Positions 19,241 through 29,288 are shown, numbered from the stretch's first letter. The stretch is 32,000 nucleotides of DNA from Candidatus Tremblayella phenacoccinincola (GCF_009805595.3 NZ_VMQO03000001.1:55911-87910), one strand, 5' to 3'. Notes: a model not told the origin generated them from the sequence alone. Made by a program: numbers and translations.

Positions 19241-19285
19241 TTTAGTGCTTTTAGTGCTTTTAGTGCTTTTAGTGCTTTTAGGTCT
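19241..19285. repeat. 9-bp tandem array, 5 units (tttagtgct x4 plus tttaggtct)
   Basis: Read directly, starting 12 nt after the thrB stop. Confidence 0.95.
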
Positions 19286-19435
19286 TTGGAGGGGGAATAG
19301 AAGTAGCTAATGGGTTCTACTCCAACTTCAACTGCTTTTCCTTAGCCTATAGAGACATAATAGACTATAGATACAATTCCAATATAGAATGCCTTTTCAA
19401 ACTACAATGAACTGCTGTTAGTGCTAAAACCTGTC

Positions 19436-19497
19436 TGTATACGAGAGGGGAGAGAGAAGCTCTTTAATAGCTATAGCTGTTAACTCTCTCCTCTCCT
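19436..19497 (+). repeat. repeat B copy 1 (at least 62 bp, identical to 31939-32000, direct); GA-arm/CT-arm hairpin
   Basis: tgtatacgagaggggagagagaagctctttaatagctatagctgttaactctctcctctcct occurs at both sites. 19443-19454 pairs with 19484-19495 (12 bp, one G:T). The loop contains the palindrome agctatagct (19469-19478). Confidence 0.9.
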
Positions 19498-20931
19498 ACC
19501 TTCTCCTAATAAACCAACCTTTAGAACCATAACTTGTTTAACGTGTGCAACACAAGGAAACATGAACCTCAACCTTCGAACACGCCTTTGTGTTAAGAAA
19601 CTGTATCGACTACCAATCATAGTTCGAAGTGAGTCTTTTAGCTTTAAAGCCTGGGCTGTCTCCAGAATAACCTTAACTTCCCTTATGGACTTGCTATGCT
19701 TTAACAGCAGGACAGTCTTTGCGCCATTGGCAGAATGGGTATCAAGCAGTAGTCCGCATCTTTTGAATAGATATTGAACTATCATTTGCCGTTCTGAACC
19801 AAACGTACTTTCAGCTGAAATGCCTAACCTCTTTATGGATCTGTAGCTAATGTACCTAAGTAACCTTACTAACCCAAAGTGATGTAATTGTTGAAATACT
19901 TTGAACACTATGTTTGAATTCCTATTTAAAACCTCTAAGAGTAAGCGTTCAAGGTTTGAAGCTTTTGATATGTCCATGCTTGGAGTGTTAGTAGCTAGCA
20001 GGCTGCTAGCATTTCTTACTTGGTAAGAACCAGCTTTGAAAAACTCTTCCAGTACGTTATTCTCGTTTGTCGCAATAATGATTCTTCTTATTGGTAAACC
20101 CATAGTTCTTGAAATGAAACCTGCAAAAGCATTTCCAAAGTTTCCAGATGGAATAAGATATGTTGTGTACTCTTTTGGAGCAATGGTTACTCGATAGTAA
20201 GAAATGAAATAATACGCAGTTTGGAAAAGCAAGCGAGCCCAATTTATAGAGTTGGCTGTTCCGTTGTTACTTCGCTCCCTACATAACAAGCGTTTAACAA
20301 TATCCTGACAGCAATCAAACTTACCGTTGATGCATATGTTAAATGCTTTCTTCGATAGGTGGCTGTACATCTGTTCTGCTTGATATTCGGAAATGCCTTT
20401 AAGTGGTGAGAAAACGAAAAGCCTTGAACGCTTGCAAAACTGAAAAGCTGTGCACGCCGAACTACCAGTGTCTCCAGAGGTGGCGCTAATAATGTTAACG
20501 TTGCTGTTACTACTGCCAACCATAAACTCAAAGAACGCACACAATAACTGCATGGCAATATCTTTGAATGAGAGAGAAGAACCATTAGATAACCGAAGTA
20601 TGTATATTGGAACGTTAGAGATTGGTGCAACCCCGACTGGACAAGAAGCTGAATGTCTGTTGTAGTAGCTTAAGGGAAACCTTTCGTTGTATACGGTCCT
20701 TACTAGCTTTCTTATAACTGAATACGGTACGTCACTGATGAACCATCTAAATATTCTAAAAGCCAACTCTTGGTATGTAAAGAACCTCCATAGACGCTCT
20801 TCAATATGCAAGCTTGAGTAAGAGGTTGGCACATATAAACCACCATCGCTAGCCAATCCCTTTAACAATACATTTAAGAAAGAACGTAACCTTTCTTCTT
20901 TGTTGGAACCTCTCGTCGAATGATATAGCAT
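19480..20931 (-). CDS. thrC: threonine synthase
   Basis: MLYHSTRGS...FLNVLLKGLASDGGLYVP matches the ThrC N-terminus, with PLP region SFKDIAMQ and SGDTGSS. I place the start at the ATG at 20931. The listed 20979 start is a TTG extension overlapping hom. The last ~6 codons and the stop lie in repeat B. Confidence 0.9.
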   Translation of the reverse strand: MLYHSTRGSNKEERLRSFLNVLLKGLASDGGLYVPTSYSSLHIEERLWRFFTYQELAFRIFRWFISDVPYSVIRKLVRTVYNERFPLSYYNRHSASCPVGVAPISNVPIYILRLSNGSSLSFKDIAMQLLCAFFEFMVGSSNSNVNIISATSGDTGSSACTAFQFCKRSRLFVFSPLKGISEYQAEQMYSHLSKKAFNICINGKFDCCQDIVKRLLCRERSNNGTANSINWARLLFQTAYYFISYYRVTIAPKEYTTYLIPSGNFGNAFAGFISRTMGLPIRRIIIATNENNVLEEFFKAGSYQVRNASSLLATNTPSMDISKASNLERLLLEVLNRNSNIVFKVFQQLHHFGLVRLLRYISYRSIKRLGISAESTFGSERQMIVQYLFKRCGLLLDTHSANGAKTVLLLKHSKSIREVKVILETAQALKLKDSLRTMIGSRYSFLTQRRVRRLRFMFPCVAHVKQVMVLKVGLLGEGRRGES

Positions 20932-20932
20932 T

Positions 20933-22153
20933 CTATAATAGTGTTCTATAGTTTGTGATGTAACCTCTGAAAGAGACAACAGTACGTTTGAAGTTTCTTT
21001 CGAAAACGTTTTTCAAGACCATAATAACTTCTAAACGTTTATACACTCCAAAAGCACTAAAAGATATTAAGTTAAGCTTTCTCTTTAAAAGAATGTTCAG
21101 AGTTTCTTTGCATTCTTGGAATGATGTATTTAAAGTACGAACATAGAAACCGTTTCTTGAAGTTGAAATGGATCTGTATGGGAGAGTTAAGATTCTTGTT
21201 GGATAAGAGGAATTCCCGTTCCCATAGCGAATAGATTCAACGTCTGAAATGATAGCTGAAGCTGTTGGCTTTGTGCCAGCTCCTTTACCAAATAACCACA
21301 ACTTACCAACACAGTCTCCAGCCACAAGTATAACATTAGTTGTGTCCTCAGAGATCCAGAAAGGCCAGCTAAGTGAAACAAAGCCTGGGAATGTGGCACA
21401 CAGAGCCTTCTTTATGGTTAAAACAACAGACATCAGTTTAAAGTTTAAGCCTAGTCTTTTACCATATGCAATATCCTGAAGGTTTACGTTTCTTATGCCT
21501 TCAGTATATATGTAACGAATAGTTACGGTTGTTCTTAAAGAAATGTAATATAGAATTCCTGTTTTCTGTGTCGAGTCTATCCCATCAATATCGCATACAT
21601 TGTCTGACTCAGCATAGCCTCTTTGAGATGCATCCAATAAAGCTCTTTTTAAAGAAACACCCAACCTATGCATTTGCGCTAAAGTCCAGTTGGAAGTGCC
21701 ATTCAAAACACCTGCCACATAGCTAATCATGTTTCCAACAAGCCCTTTCTCAAGAACACTTAGGATTGGAATGCCTCCTGCCACTGATGCTTCAAGCAAT
21801 ATGTTATTGTAGGTGTGTCTTAGTTCAAAGTTGTAACAGGCAATTAACGTTTTATTGGCTGTTACTAAAAACCTTTTTTTGTTTAAAGAATTGAACAATA
21901 TATATCGAGCAACACATGAACCTCCAACAGCTTCAACCAGTACATACATTCGGGGTTCATTTAGTGGAATCTTTTGCGTTGAGTTAACATTGATCTTTGT
22001 AGCTTTAGTTATTCTTCTGGTTAATATAACGGCTATTCTAAGATCTAAACCTAACCTGTTTCTGATTATGACACTATTCTTGTACATAGTTGACATAACT
22101 CCCCTCCCAACCGTTCCTAGTCCAAACAAGCATATGCAAGAAACCTTAGTCAT
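20933..22153 (-). CDS. hom: homoserine dehydrogenase (monofunctional)
   Basis: VSCICLFGLGTVGRGV (NAD fold) and NGTSNW. It is followed, after a 1-nt gap, by thrC. The ATG at 22153 is preferred over the TTG at 22162. Confidence 0.88.
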   Translation of the reverse strand: MTKVSCICLFGLGTVGRGVMSTMYKNSVIIRNRLGLDLRIAVILTRRITKATKINVNSTQKIPLNEPRMYVLVEAVGGSCVARYILFNSLNKKRFLVTANKTLIACYNFELRHTYNNILLEASVAGGIPILSVLEKGLVGNMISYVAGVLNGTSNWTLAQMHRLGVSLKRALLDASQRGYAESDNVCDIDGIDSTQKTGILYYISLRTTVTIRYIYTEGIRNVNLQDIAYGKRLGLNFKLMSVVLTIKKALCATFPGFVSLSWPFWISEDTTNVILVAGDCVGKLWLFGKGAGTKPTASAIISDVESIRYGNGNSSYPTRILTLPYRSISTSRNGFYVRTLNTSFQECKETLNILLKRKLNLISFSAFGVYKRLEVIMVLKNVFERNFKRTVVSFRGYITNYRTLL

Positions 22154-22339
22154 GTTCCTCAATGTCTAACTAGACGAATGTGCGGTTGTTATTGAATCTG
22201 TGGTTAAATAATGAATTCAATAGTGATCTCAGCCACAGCTAAACTATTGGGGTTTGTTCGAGATAACCCGTTCTACTTCTTTTGTCTTCTATACATTCCA
22301 TATTATCCCGGCTTTTGTGGATTCTCTTCTAACTGGTTG

Positions 22340-22753
22340 CTATGGTTGTCTAAGAATCTTGATGCATACATTGACTGCAACGTGGTTAGTTATTGTTATT
22401 TTAACGAAGTGTTCACCTAGTCTCCTAAATACGGTAGGCATGTAGAGTTGATCTCTCCAAACGTAAACATTAAACTTCCTTAATAGAAAAAGAACGTCAG
22501 TTTCTTTAACGGACTCAAACAGTTCACCATTATCTTTAGCTGTTCTCATATAAAGTAAGTAAGATGGAAATCTGTAGGGTTGGTCAATAAGAAACATGTG
22601 GTCGATATCTTTATTCGGACTTATTACTTGTATATTGAAAGGTGTTGTATATTTGTGAGGTAACAGAAGGTTTCTAGCATAACCGTTTTTAACGTACACA
22701 ACGGCTCCTATGACTCCAAGATTTCTTAGGTTTTCTAGTAGGATTACTTTCAT
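22340..22753 (-). CDS. rplI: 50S ribosomal protein L9
   Basis: [32 protein letters not shown] matches the L9 N-domain. ATGA overlap with rpsR. Confidence 0.88.
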   Translation of the reverse strand: MKVILLENLRNLGVIGAVVYVKNGYARNLLLPHKYTTPFNIQVISPNKDIDHMFLIDQPYRFPSYLLYMRTAKDNGELFESVKETDVLFLLRKFNVYVWRDQLYMPTVFRRLGEHFVKITITNHVAVNVCIKILRQP

Positions 22754-23037
22754 TGGTTTCTATTCGGTTCTTTGTTTATTAAATGCAAGCTGGTGTAGGG
22801 AAGTAATGAAAGAAACCTTGCTCGTTTGATTGCAGTACTTAACTGCCTTTGGAACCGAGTCTCAGTACCTGTTAGTCTTGAAGGAGTGATTTTACCGAAG
22901 CTAGTGACGAAAGCTCTTAGAGTTTTAATGTCTTTGTAGTCTATATGTTTGAATTTGGAACAGGTGAAGTAGCAAGCTTTCTTCTTTAATGTTACCCCGT
23001 TCTTAACATTGGTTGTGGGTTTAGGTTGCTTTTTCAT
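22750..23037 (-). CDS. rpsR: 30S ribosomal protein S18
   Basis: [48 protein letters not shown]. Confidence 0.9.
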   Translation of the reverse strand: MKKQPKPTTNVKNGVTLKKKACYFTCSKFKHIDYKDIKTLRAFVTSFGKITPSRLTGTETRFQRQLSTAIKRARFLSLLPYTSLHLINKEPNRNQ

Positions 23038-23387
23038 TCTTTTTGCTCTTGTGAAAGGTTATCGTTTTCTATGGACTTTATAAACGCTGACTTGCAGGTT
23101 GGTTTGTATTTACGCTTCACAATAAGATACCTTAATAACATACGACAATGTTTGAGTTTAGTGGTTAGCTTAGCTAAAGAATCACAAGAGCATTCGATGT
23201 TCATACAGTAAAAATAAGCTGTGGAGTTGTTTTTAATGGCATAAGAAAGGTTTTGTTTGCCCCAACATTCATACCGATGCACCAAACCACCTACAGAAAG
23301 AACAGTTCCACTCAACTCTCTGAAAAAAGAAACCGACTCCTTATTGTTTACTGCGTCCATTAGATATACTATTTCGTAATGACTCAC
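23034..23387 (-). CDS. rpsF: 30S ribosomal protein S6
   Basis: [10 protein letters not shown]...[16 protein letters not shown] compares with E. coli MRHYEIVFMV...IHRLEDWGRRQLAYPI. Confidence 0.9.
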   Translation of the reverse strand: MSHYEIVYLMDAVNNKESVSFFRELSGTVLSVGGLVHRYECWGKQNLSYAIKNNSTAYFYCMNIECSCDSLAKLTTKLKHCRMLLRYLIVKRKYKPTCKSAFIKSIENDNLSQEQKE

Positions 23388-23596
23388 TTTGATATACGCT
23401 CTTCCAGTTGTTAATTGAGGTTTAGATATTGATGGGGGGCTTTTTAAGGGGAACCTACTATAGCATAACCGAACGTTCTGCTTTTAGCTTTGAATCATTT
23501 TGGTTTATAACAGCTTTAATTGGTTCCCCTCCCATACAAACCCAACGATGTTCCTAGCTAATATTCTTTACCAACTATTCCTAACTGAGTTCTTCA

Positions 23597-24670
23597 TTAG
23601 AAACCCAACGTTAGCTTTATAGGATCTTCTAAAGATTCTTTAACTGTTCTTAAGAAAGAAACAGCATCTTTGCCATCTATCAATCTGTGGTCGTAGGATA
23701 ATGCTAAATATATCATAGGTTTAACTTCTACTTTATCGAACAAAACAATGGGACGCTGCTCAATTGAATGAATTCCTAATATTGAAGATTGAGGTGGGTT
23801 TATTACTGGTGTTGATAACAAAGATCCAAATATGCCTCCGTTAGAAACTGTGAACGTGCCTCCACTTAGCTCTTCAATAGTAATCCTGTTGTGCATTGCT
23901 TTTGTCATAAAGTTAGAGATATTCTTTTCAATTGTATGTATGCTCATTCTTTCAGCGTTTCTTAGAGTTGGAACAATTAACCCAAGTGGGGAATTTATAG
24001 CTATACCGATATCTTGAAACTCATGATACACTATAGAATCGTCTTTGACTGAAGCATTCAGGATAGGATATTTCTTCAGTGCAATTGAGGAAGCTTTTAC
24101 GAAAAAGCTGGTTAAACCTAACTTAACGCCATGCTTTTTGGTAAACTCAACCTTGTACTTTTCTCGAAGCTTAATGACTGAACTCATATTTACTTCATTG
24201 AAAGTGGTAAGAGTTACACTTGCTTTTTGAGCTCGAAGTAACCGTTGGATTAAGCTCTTTCGTAATACAGACAAAGCTACGTATCTTTCTATTCTGTGGT
24301 TTCTTGTCTGATTGCAAAAGGAAGTATGAGTTGCTTTTGTATTTAAGCTAAGGTTGTTTGTATTTCTCAGTCTTTCGGTAGTTCGCATATAGGTGTCAGA
24401 AGAGGTTGGTTTAGCAGAAAAGCTTTTAGTTTCTATTACTGCCAGAGTTTGACCACTGTGCACTACTTCTTTTTCAGGAACCTTAATTATCTTAATCAGT
24501 CCATTAACTTCAGAAGGAACATCTAAAACAACTTTGTCTGTCTCCAACTCAAGCAGGCTATCTCCCTTCTTAACATATTGTCCTTCATGCTTTCTCCATT
24601 TTAGAACAACAGCTTCTGATACAGACTCTGCAAACTGTGGAGCTTTAACTTCAATCTCGGTAGTATCCAT
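23597..24670 (-). CDS. sucB: 2-oxoglutarate dehydrogenase E2 (dihydrolipoyl succinyltransferase)
   Basis: A single lipoyl domain ([15 protein letters not shown]) and catalytic SYDHRLIDG. Confidence 0.92.
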   Translation of the reverse strand: MDTTEIEVKAPQFAESVSEAVVLKWRKHEGQYVKKGDSLLELETDKVVLDVPSEVNGLIKIIKVPEKEVVHSGQTLAVIETKSFSAKPTSSDTYMRTTERLRNTNNLSLNTKATHTSFCNQTRNHRIERYVALSVLRKSLIQRLLRAQKASVTLTTFNEVNMSSVIKLREKYKVEFTKKHGVKLGLTSFFVKASSIALKKYPILNASVKDDSIVYHEFQDIGIAINSPLGLIVPTLRNAERMSIHTIEKNISNFMTKAMHNRITIEELSGGTFTVSNGGIFGSLLSTPVINPPQSSILGIHSIEQRPIVLFDKVEVKPMIYLALSYDHRLIDGKDAVSFLRTVKESLEDPIKLTLGF

Positions 24671-27212
24671 ATTTATCCCTCTTTAACCGAATGTTGAAAG
24701 CATTGCTAGTAACGAAGTGACTTTGAAACCTGAACTCAACATCAAATCCTAATGCGGTTGAAGCAGAGCTTTGAACACCACAATAAACAACTCTATTCTT
24801 AACCACGTAGCGAATATATGGTTCAATGAAATACCATATTCCCTGATTCTTAGGTTCATCTTGTACACTCAAAACCTCACAGATTGATATGTATTGTTTT
24901 GGTATACAATGCTTAGGAAATGGATACAGCTGCTCCAGCCTGATAATAGAGATCCTGTTAATACTAAACCTGTGTTGATAGGCTGCTAGTTGGAAATAGA
25001 TCTTCCCTGAACATAACAGCAGTCTCCTTAAGTGTTCATACCTTACATTGTACTTCTCCTCCACAATAGTCTTCCTAAACCTATTAGCTGTGAAGTCAGA
25101 GATGGTAGACCAAGAAGCCTTAAGTCTAAGTAAGGACTTAGGGGTTAATATTGTTAATGGTCTTTTAACTTTCCTTGACGTCTGTTCAAGAATGACATGA
25201 AATAGCTGCGCAGAAGTGGTAGGATGTACAACCGTAATATTATTGCTTGAGCATAGTTGCAAAAGCCTCTCAAGTCTTGCAGATGAGTGCTCTGAACCCT
25301 GACCTTCCTGACCATGCGGAAGATATAACACTATGTTTGAACTCTGACCCCACTTAGAACCACCAGAAGCAATAAACTGATCAAGCAGGACCTGCGCACA
25401 GTTGATAAAATCTCCGAACTGCGCTTCCCAGATCACCATCGCATAAGACTTAACCAATGAATAACCGTACTCAAAACCTAGAACTGAGCCTTCGGACAGT
25501 GGAGTATTTATAATATGTATTCTACCTTGAAGTGACGATATGTTTTGTAAAGGAGTATAAGCTGGAATACCTTGAAAACTCTGATTATAAACTACTGCAT
25601 TTCTGTGCATAAAGGTTCCTCTTGAAACATCTTGGCCTGATAACCTTATTGGAATTCCTTTGTTTAAGACTAAAGCATAAGCTAAATGTTCACTGGAATT
25701 CCAGTCTAGAGAAGCGCTTGTTTCTATTACCAGGTGTCTGTTTAAGAAGCTACGTTTTAAGAGTGGATGGAGACTAAACAATTGAGGAAGCCTAACTAAC
25801 TTACCTAGCAACCATTTAAGTTCTTCTGTTAAAGCTATACAATTGCTGTTAACTCTGATGCTTTTGAAGATATGTATTTTTCTTATGCGTGGTTGCACTG
25901 GCTTTTGGGTTTCTAAAGAGACTAGGTAATGCTTTCTTACTTTTAAAAAGGTTTCGGTTGTGGCTGGTTCCTCGTTTGATATGAACTGTAGGTAAGTCAG
26001 GTTGATGGGCTTGTGTGCTTTTATAGAACTGTACATAAGAGGTTGTGTTATTTCTGGAGTGTCTTGTTCATTGTGACCCAACCTCCTAAATGCAATGATA
26101 TCTAAGACTACGCTTTTTAGAAACTTCATTCTAAACATTAGCGCAAGCTTTGAAATAAGAACCACAGAGTCTGGGTTGTTTCCATTCACATGAAATACCG
26201 GCGCTCCTATTGTTTTGAGATGTTCGGTGCAAAAGGTAGTAGAACGAGTTTCTTTAGGTTGAGCCGTAAATCCTATTTGATTGTTAATGACTATATGAAT
26301 TGACCCATATGTTCTGTATTGTTTAATGCCTGAAAAGTTTATAGCTTCGGACACAACTCCTTGTCCTGTTATTGCCGCATCTCCATGTATCTGAATTGGA
26401 AGGACATATTCATTCTTTTTCTTAGGTGTGTTTATAGTATTTAGTTTAGCTTTTGAGATGCCTTCAACTATTGGGTTAACTGATTCTAGGTGTGAAGGGT
26501 TATAGACCATTGTTAGCTTTAAACTATTCTTATGGACCATACGGGACACACAGCCAAAGTGATATTTAACATCAAAGCTTTGAATATAGTCTTCTTTGTG
26601 TTGAAGCGAATGTACAAAGAATCTGTTTGTTGCTTCGTGATATAGGTTAATTAATATGTTAAGTCTTCCCCGATGTGCCATACCAACTACGATATCTGTA
26701 ATCTTCGACTTGGACGCAAGGCTTATTAGGGAGCTTAATAGGACAACAACAACCTCGGAGCCTTCAATAGAAAACCTCTTCTGACCTACATACGTCTTAG
26801 CAAGGAGATTCTCCAGTTCATATGCTTTCGTTAGAATAAATAAGATACTTTTCTTTACGTCTAGGTTCAAGCTTAATCTATTCAGTACGGGTCTTTCTAA
26901 AGTGCGGTGTATCCACAAGCGTTTAATGCTATTTATATGAGAAACTTCAGGATATATTCCATGGCAATAAGAGCTTCTCAGAAAACCTAAAGCTAACACA
27001 TTTGGAAACAAGTCTTTGCTGTTTAATGGTTCTAAGTTCCTAAGTGTGTTATTGAAGCCTCTGTACAGCTCTATTGTTCTGTTAGCGTTATACATTTTGG
27101 AAACGTCTGAGAAATAGATATTCCAACAGCCAGAGAGCGAATGTGGGTTATTAGTATATTTACGATACAGTAACTCAATGTATTTTATATTTTCAATGGA
27201 AGAGTCGGTCAT
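24651..27212 (-). CDS. sucA: 2-oxoglutarate dehydrogenase E1
   Basis: [46 protein letters not shown] and WEAQFGDF. Its 3' end overlaps the sucB start by 20 nt. Confidence 0.92.
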   Translation of the reverse strand: MTDSSIENIKYIELLYRKYTNNPHSLSGCWNIYFSDVSKMYNANRTIELYRGFNNTLRNLEPLNSKDLFPNVLALGFLRSSYCHGIYPEVSHINSIKRLWIHRTLERPVLNRLSLNLDVKKSILFILTKAYELENLLAKTYVGQKRFSIEGSEVVVVLLSSLISLASKSKITDIVVGMAHRGRLNILINLYHEATNRFFVHSLQHKEDYIQSFDVKYHFGCVSRMVHKNSLKLTMVYNPSHLESVNPIVEGISKAKLNTINTPKKKNEYVLPIQIHGDAAITGQGVVSEAINFSGIKQYRTYGSIHIVINNQIGFTAQPKETRSTTFCTEHLKTIGAPVFHVNGNNPDSVVLISKLALMFRMKFLKSVVLDIIAFRRLGHNEQDTPEITQPLMYSSIKAHKPINLTYLQFISNEEPATTETFLKVRKHYLVSLETQKPVQPRIRKIHIFKSIRVNSNCIALTEELKWLLGKLVRLPQLFSLHPLLKRSFLNRHLVIETSASLDWNSSEHLAYALVLNKGIPIRLSGQDVSRGTFMHRNAVVYNQSFQGIPAYTPLQNISSLQGRIHIINTPLSEGSVLGFEYGYSLVKSYAMVIWEAQFGDFINCAQVLLDQFIASGGSKWGQSSNIVLYLPHGQEGQGSEHSSARLERLLQLCSSNNITVVHPTTSAQLFHVILEQTSRKVKRPLTILTPKSLLRLKASWSTISDFTANRFRKTIVEEKYNVRYEHLRRLLLCSGKIYFQLAAYQHRFSINRISIIRLEQLYPFPKHCIPKQYISICEVLSVQDEPKNQGIWYFIEPYIRYVVKNRVVYCGVQSSASTALGFDVEFRFQSHFVTSNAFNIRLKRDKYGYYRD

Positions 27213-27290
27213 TAAGTTAAGCTGGGTTTATTAGATGCGTATGGTTGAAACGTGAACTTGCGATACAAGCTCGCATAGGCTTATGAGTCT

Positions 27291-27620
27291 TTAATGGGGG
27301 GGGGGAGTTGTTTTAACAAGCTCTTCGGTTGGTATAAAAGTGAGCTTTGGGGTATCTTTTAGGTTTACTCTTGCATACAGTGTTCTACATATTGTTTTGG
27401 AATAAAGAGCTAGTATTCTTGCTACGTTGCTTTTATTACCAAATAAACTAGAGAAGCTAACAATAAGTCTTTTACGGTCTTTGGATAAGATTATTCTCTG
27501 TGCAGTTATAATATTGTCCCTTAATTCTTCGGTGTGTGTTAGGATATTTAATAACTCGTACTTTAGCCTGCTAATGCTTCTTTTGTAAGAGTGAGCCCTC
27601 TTTTTATGTTCAAATGTCAT
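27291..27620 (-). CDS. rbfA: ribosome-binding factor A
   Basis: It sits immediately after infB. The RbfA-like pattern is present (R..R....L..EL..IL......D...........S.D...A.V.....TP.L.F). The C-terminus runs into a C10 tract (TTPPPH*). Confidence 0.82.
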   Translation of the reverse strand: MTFEHKKRAHSYKRSISRLKYELLNILTHTEELRDNIITAQRIILSKDRKRLIVSFSSLFGNKSNVARILALYSKTICRTLYARVNLKDTPKLTFIPTEELVKTTPPPH

Positions 27621-27631
27621 CAGAAACTAAG

Positions 27632-29149
27632 CTAAAAGAAAACCTCAAGCATGTCACCAACATATAGTTCTTGTAGGGTTTTTAGCACTACCAAAACTCC
27701 GCACTCAGAACCCCTCTTAACTTCTTCTACTGGAGTTTTAAAAAGTTTTAAAGTACGAACCTCGCATATTCCAACTTCCTTACCGTTTCTTGAAACTATG
27801 GTGCTTTTCGATCTTTTCAAAACACCAGCTTCTACTATGCAACCTAAAATTGCTTCGTTGCCTGAAACATTAAAGACTCGCTTAACTGTTGCTTTTGCTT
27901 GTGGTTTGTCCCTGCTTTCAGGCTTTGATTGAAAACCAACAGACCGTAAGTCTTCTGCTAGCTCATACACAGTTCGAAAGCTTTTAATAATAACTTTGCG
28001 TTCTTTGGATAGCTTTAGGATTCTGGAATTAGGTTTTATTCCTAATGTGATGATAACTGCTCCAGATATGGCAGCCATCCCTATGTCACTTTCGTACACT
28101 AAACCTACGCTTTTGTGGATCACTTTTGCTGGTATGTTGTTTGGTATGTTGTTAATGGTATTAACAGCAGCTTCAATCATTCCATAAGTCCTTGACTTAA
28201 CGATGTAGCGAAAGCTGTTATTGTCAGTGGTTCTTAACATATCGAACATGGTTTTTATGTTAACACACTCAGGCTCTTCAGGTTTATTATTCAATATGCA
28301 TTTGCGCTGTGTTGCAAGGTCTTTGGCAGCTTGTTCTGTTGGCACTACTATGAACTTAGCACCTGGTTTAGACGGAGTAGGTAAGCCGTAAATGTTAGCC
28401 GGTGTAGCTAGTGACACTCTTTCTATACGTTTGTTATGTTCATCGTATGCTAGTCTAACTCTACCGTAGTCACTGTTAAGTAAAACTATGTCTCCGAGGT
28501 TAAGAGAACCAGCCTGAACTAATATAGTTGTGCATATGCCCATAGTTGGAGTTACTACTGAATTAATAACTGTTCCTCTTGCTGGTATATTAACTAGTGT
28601 CTTTAGCTTATGTGAAAGCTTTGTTCTTTTGGCTTCTACATGGATTGAAGTCATCAGGTTTGGCACACCTATTCCCTTCTTGGCTGATAAATACACCAAC
28701 TTCGAGCCATCAGCGTTTAGTTTAGACTTGCTGTCAAGGCTTGAGAATATGTTTTTAACATTGGGTCTTTTGTCTATCTTATTAATTCCTAATACAACTG
28801 GTTTTCCAATAGCTTTAACGTTGGTTAATATCTTTTTGCATTCTTCAGTAACACCATCATCTATCGCAATTAGAATAACTACAATATCTGCTAGTTTTAC
28901 CCCATAGTTTCTAGTCAGTTCAAATGTTACGTGGCCTGGAGTATCAACAAATATTAGTTTTCCAATTGGAGGTGTGATGGAGCTGTATGCGAAGATATCT
29001 TGTGTTATTCCTCCAGCTTCGTAGTTAGAAGAATCAGCATTCCTTATACGTTCTATAAGTGTAGTCTTTCCATGATCTACGTGACCTACAATAGCAACAA
29101 CCAAGGCTCTTTTACCTATTCTGTTTATGCTTTCGTTTATGTTCTCCAT
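27632..29149 (-). CDS. infB: translation initiation factor IF-2, minimal form (G domain to C2 only)
   Basis: VVAIVGHVDHGKTTLIERIR, GGITQDI, VDTPGH and NKIDK. At 505 aa the long N-terminal region of enteric IF2 is absent. Confidence 0.92.
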   Translation of the reverse strand: MENINESINRIGKRALVVAIVGHVDHGKTTLIERIRNADSSNYEAGGITQDIFAYSSITPPIGKLIFVDTPGHVTFELTRNYGVKLADIVVILIAIDDGVTEECKKILTNVKAIGKPVVLGINKIDKRPNVKNIFSSLDSKSKLNADGSKLVYLSAKKGIGVPNLMTSIHVEAKRTKLSHKLKTLVNIPARGTVINSVVTPTMGICTTILVQAGSLNLGDIVLLNSDYGRVRLAYDEHNKRIERVSLATPANIYGLPTPSKPGAKFIVVPTEQAAKDLATQRKCILNNKPEEPECVNIKTMFDMLRTTDNNSFRYIVKSRTYGMIEAAVNTINNIPNNIPAKVIHKSVGLVYESDIGMAAISGAVIITLGIKPNSRILKLSKERKVIIKSFRTVYELAEDLRSVGFQSKPESRDKPQAKATVKRVFNVSGNEAILGCIVEAGVLKRSKSTIVSRNGKEVGICEVRTLKLFKTPVEEVKRGSECGVLVVLKTLQELYVGDMLEVFF

Positions 29150-29288
29150 TAGCTTGAGTAGGTTTCTTAAAATGACAGGTGTTAAGAACTATATTAGTAA
29201 ATGCTCAGCTTCTTAAGAGACAATATGCAAGCTGTTTGAGGGTTCTGCCAAGATGTGGAGAGGGTGTGTGTGAAGAGGAGGAGGAGCT

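Noticed and set aside
18038-19285. The possibility that the tandem arrays (13-bp x5, 9-bp x5, and the 7-bp array at 4796-4837) are CRISPR arrays.
   Set aside because: The units are contiguous with no spacers, far shorter than CRISPR repeats, and no cas genes are present.
20932-22162. N-terminal extensions in the ORF track: thrC from 20979, hom from 22162, rplT from 1742, argF from 10256.
   Set aside because: These extensions start at TTG/GTG or run through spacer or poly-G sequence, and they precede the conserved protein N-termini. Downstream ATGs fit the family alignments better.
22211-22445. ORFs 22211-22420 and 22254-22445 (+) in the hom/rplI spacer.
   Set aside because: They overlap each other and the rplI 3' end. 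They are hydrophobic and low-complexity with no recognisable homology and no SD.
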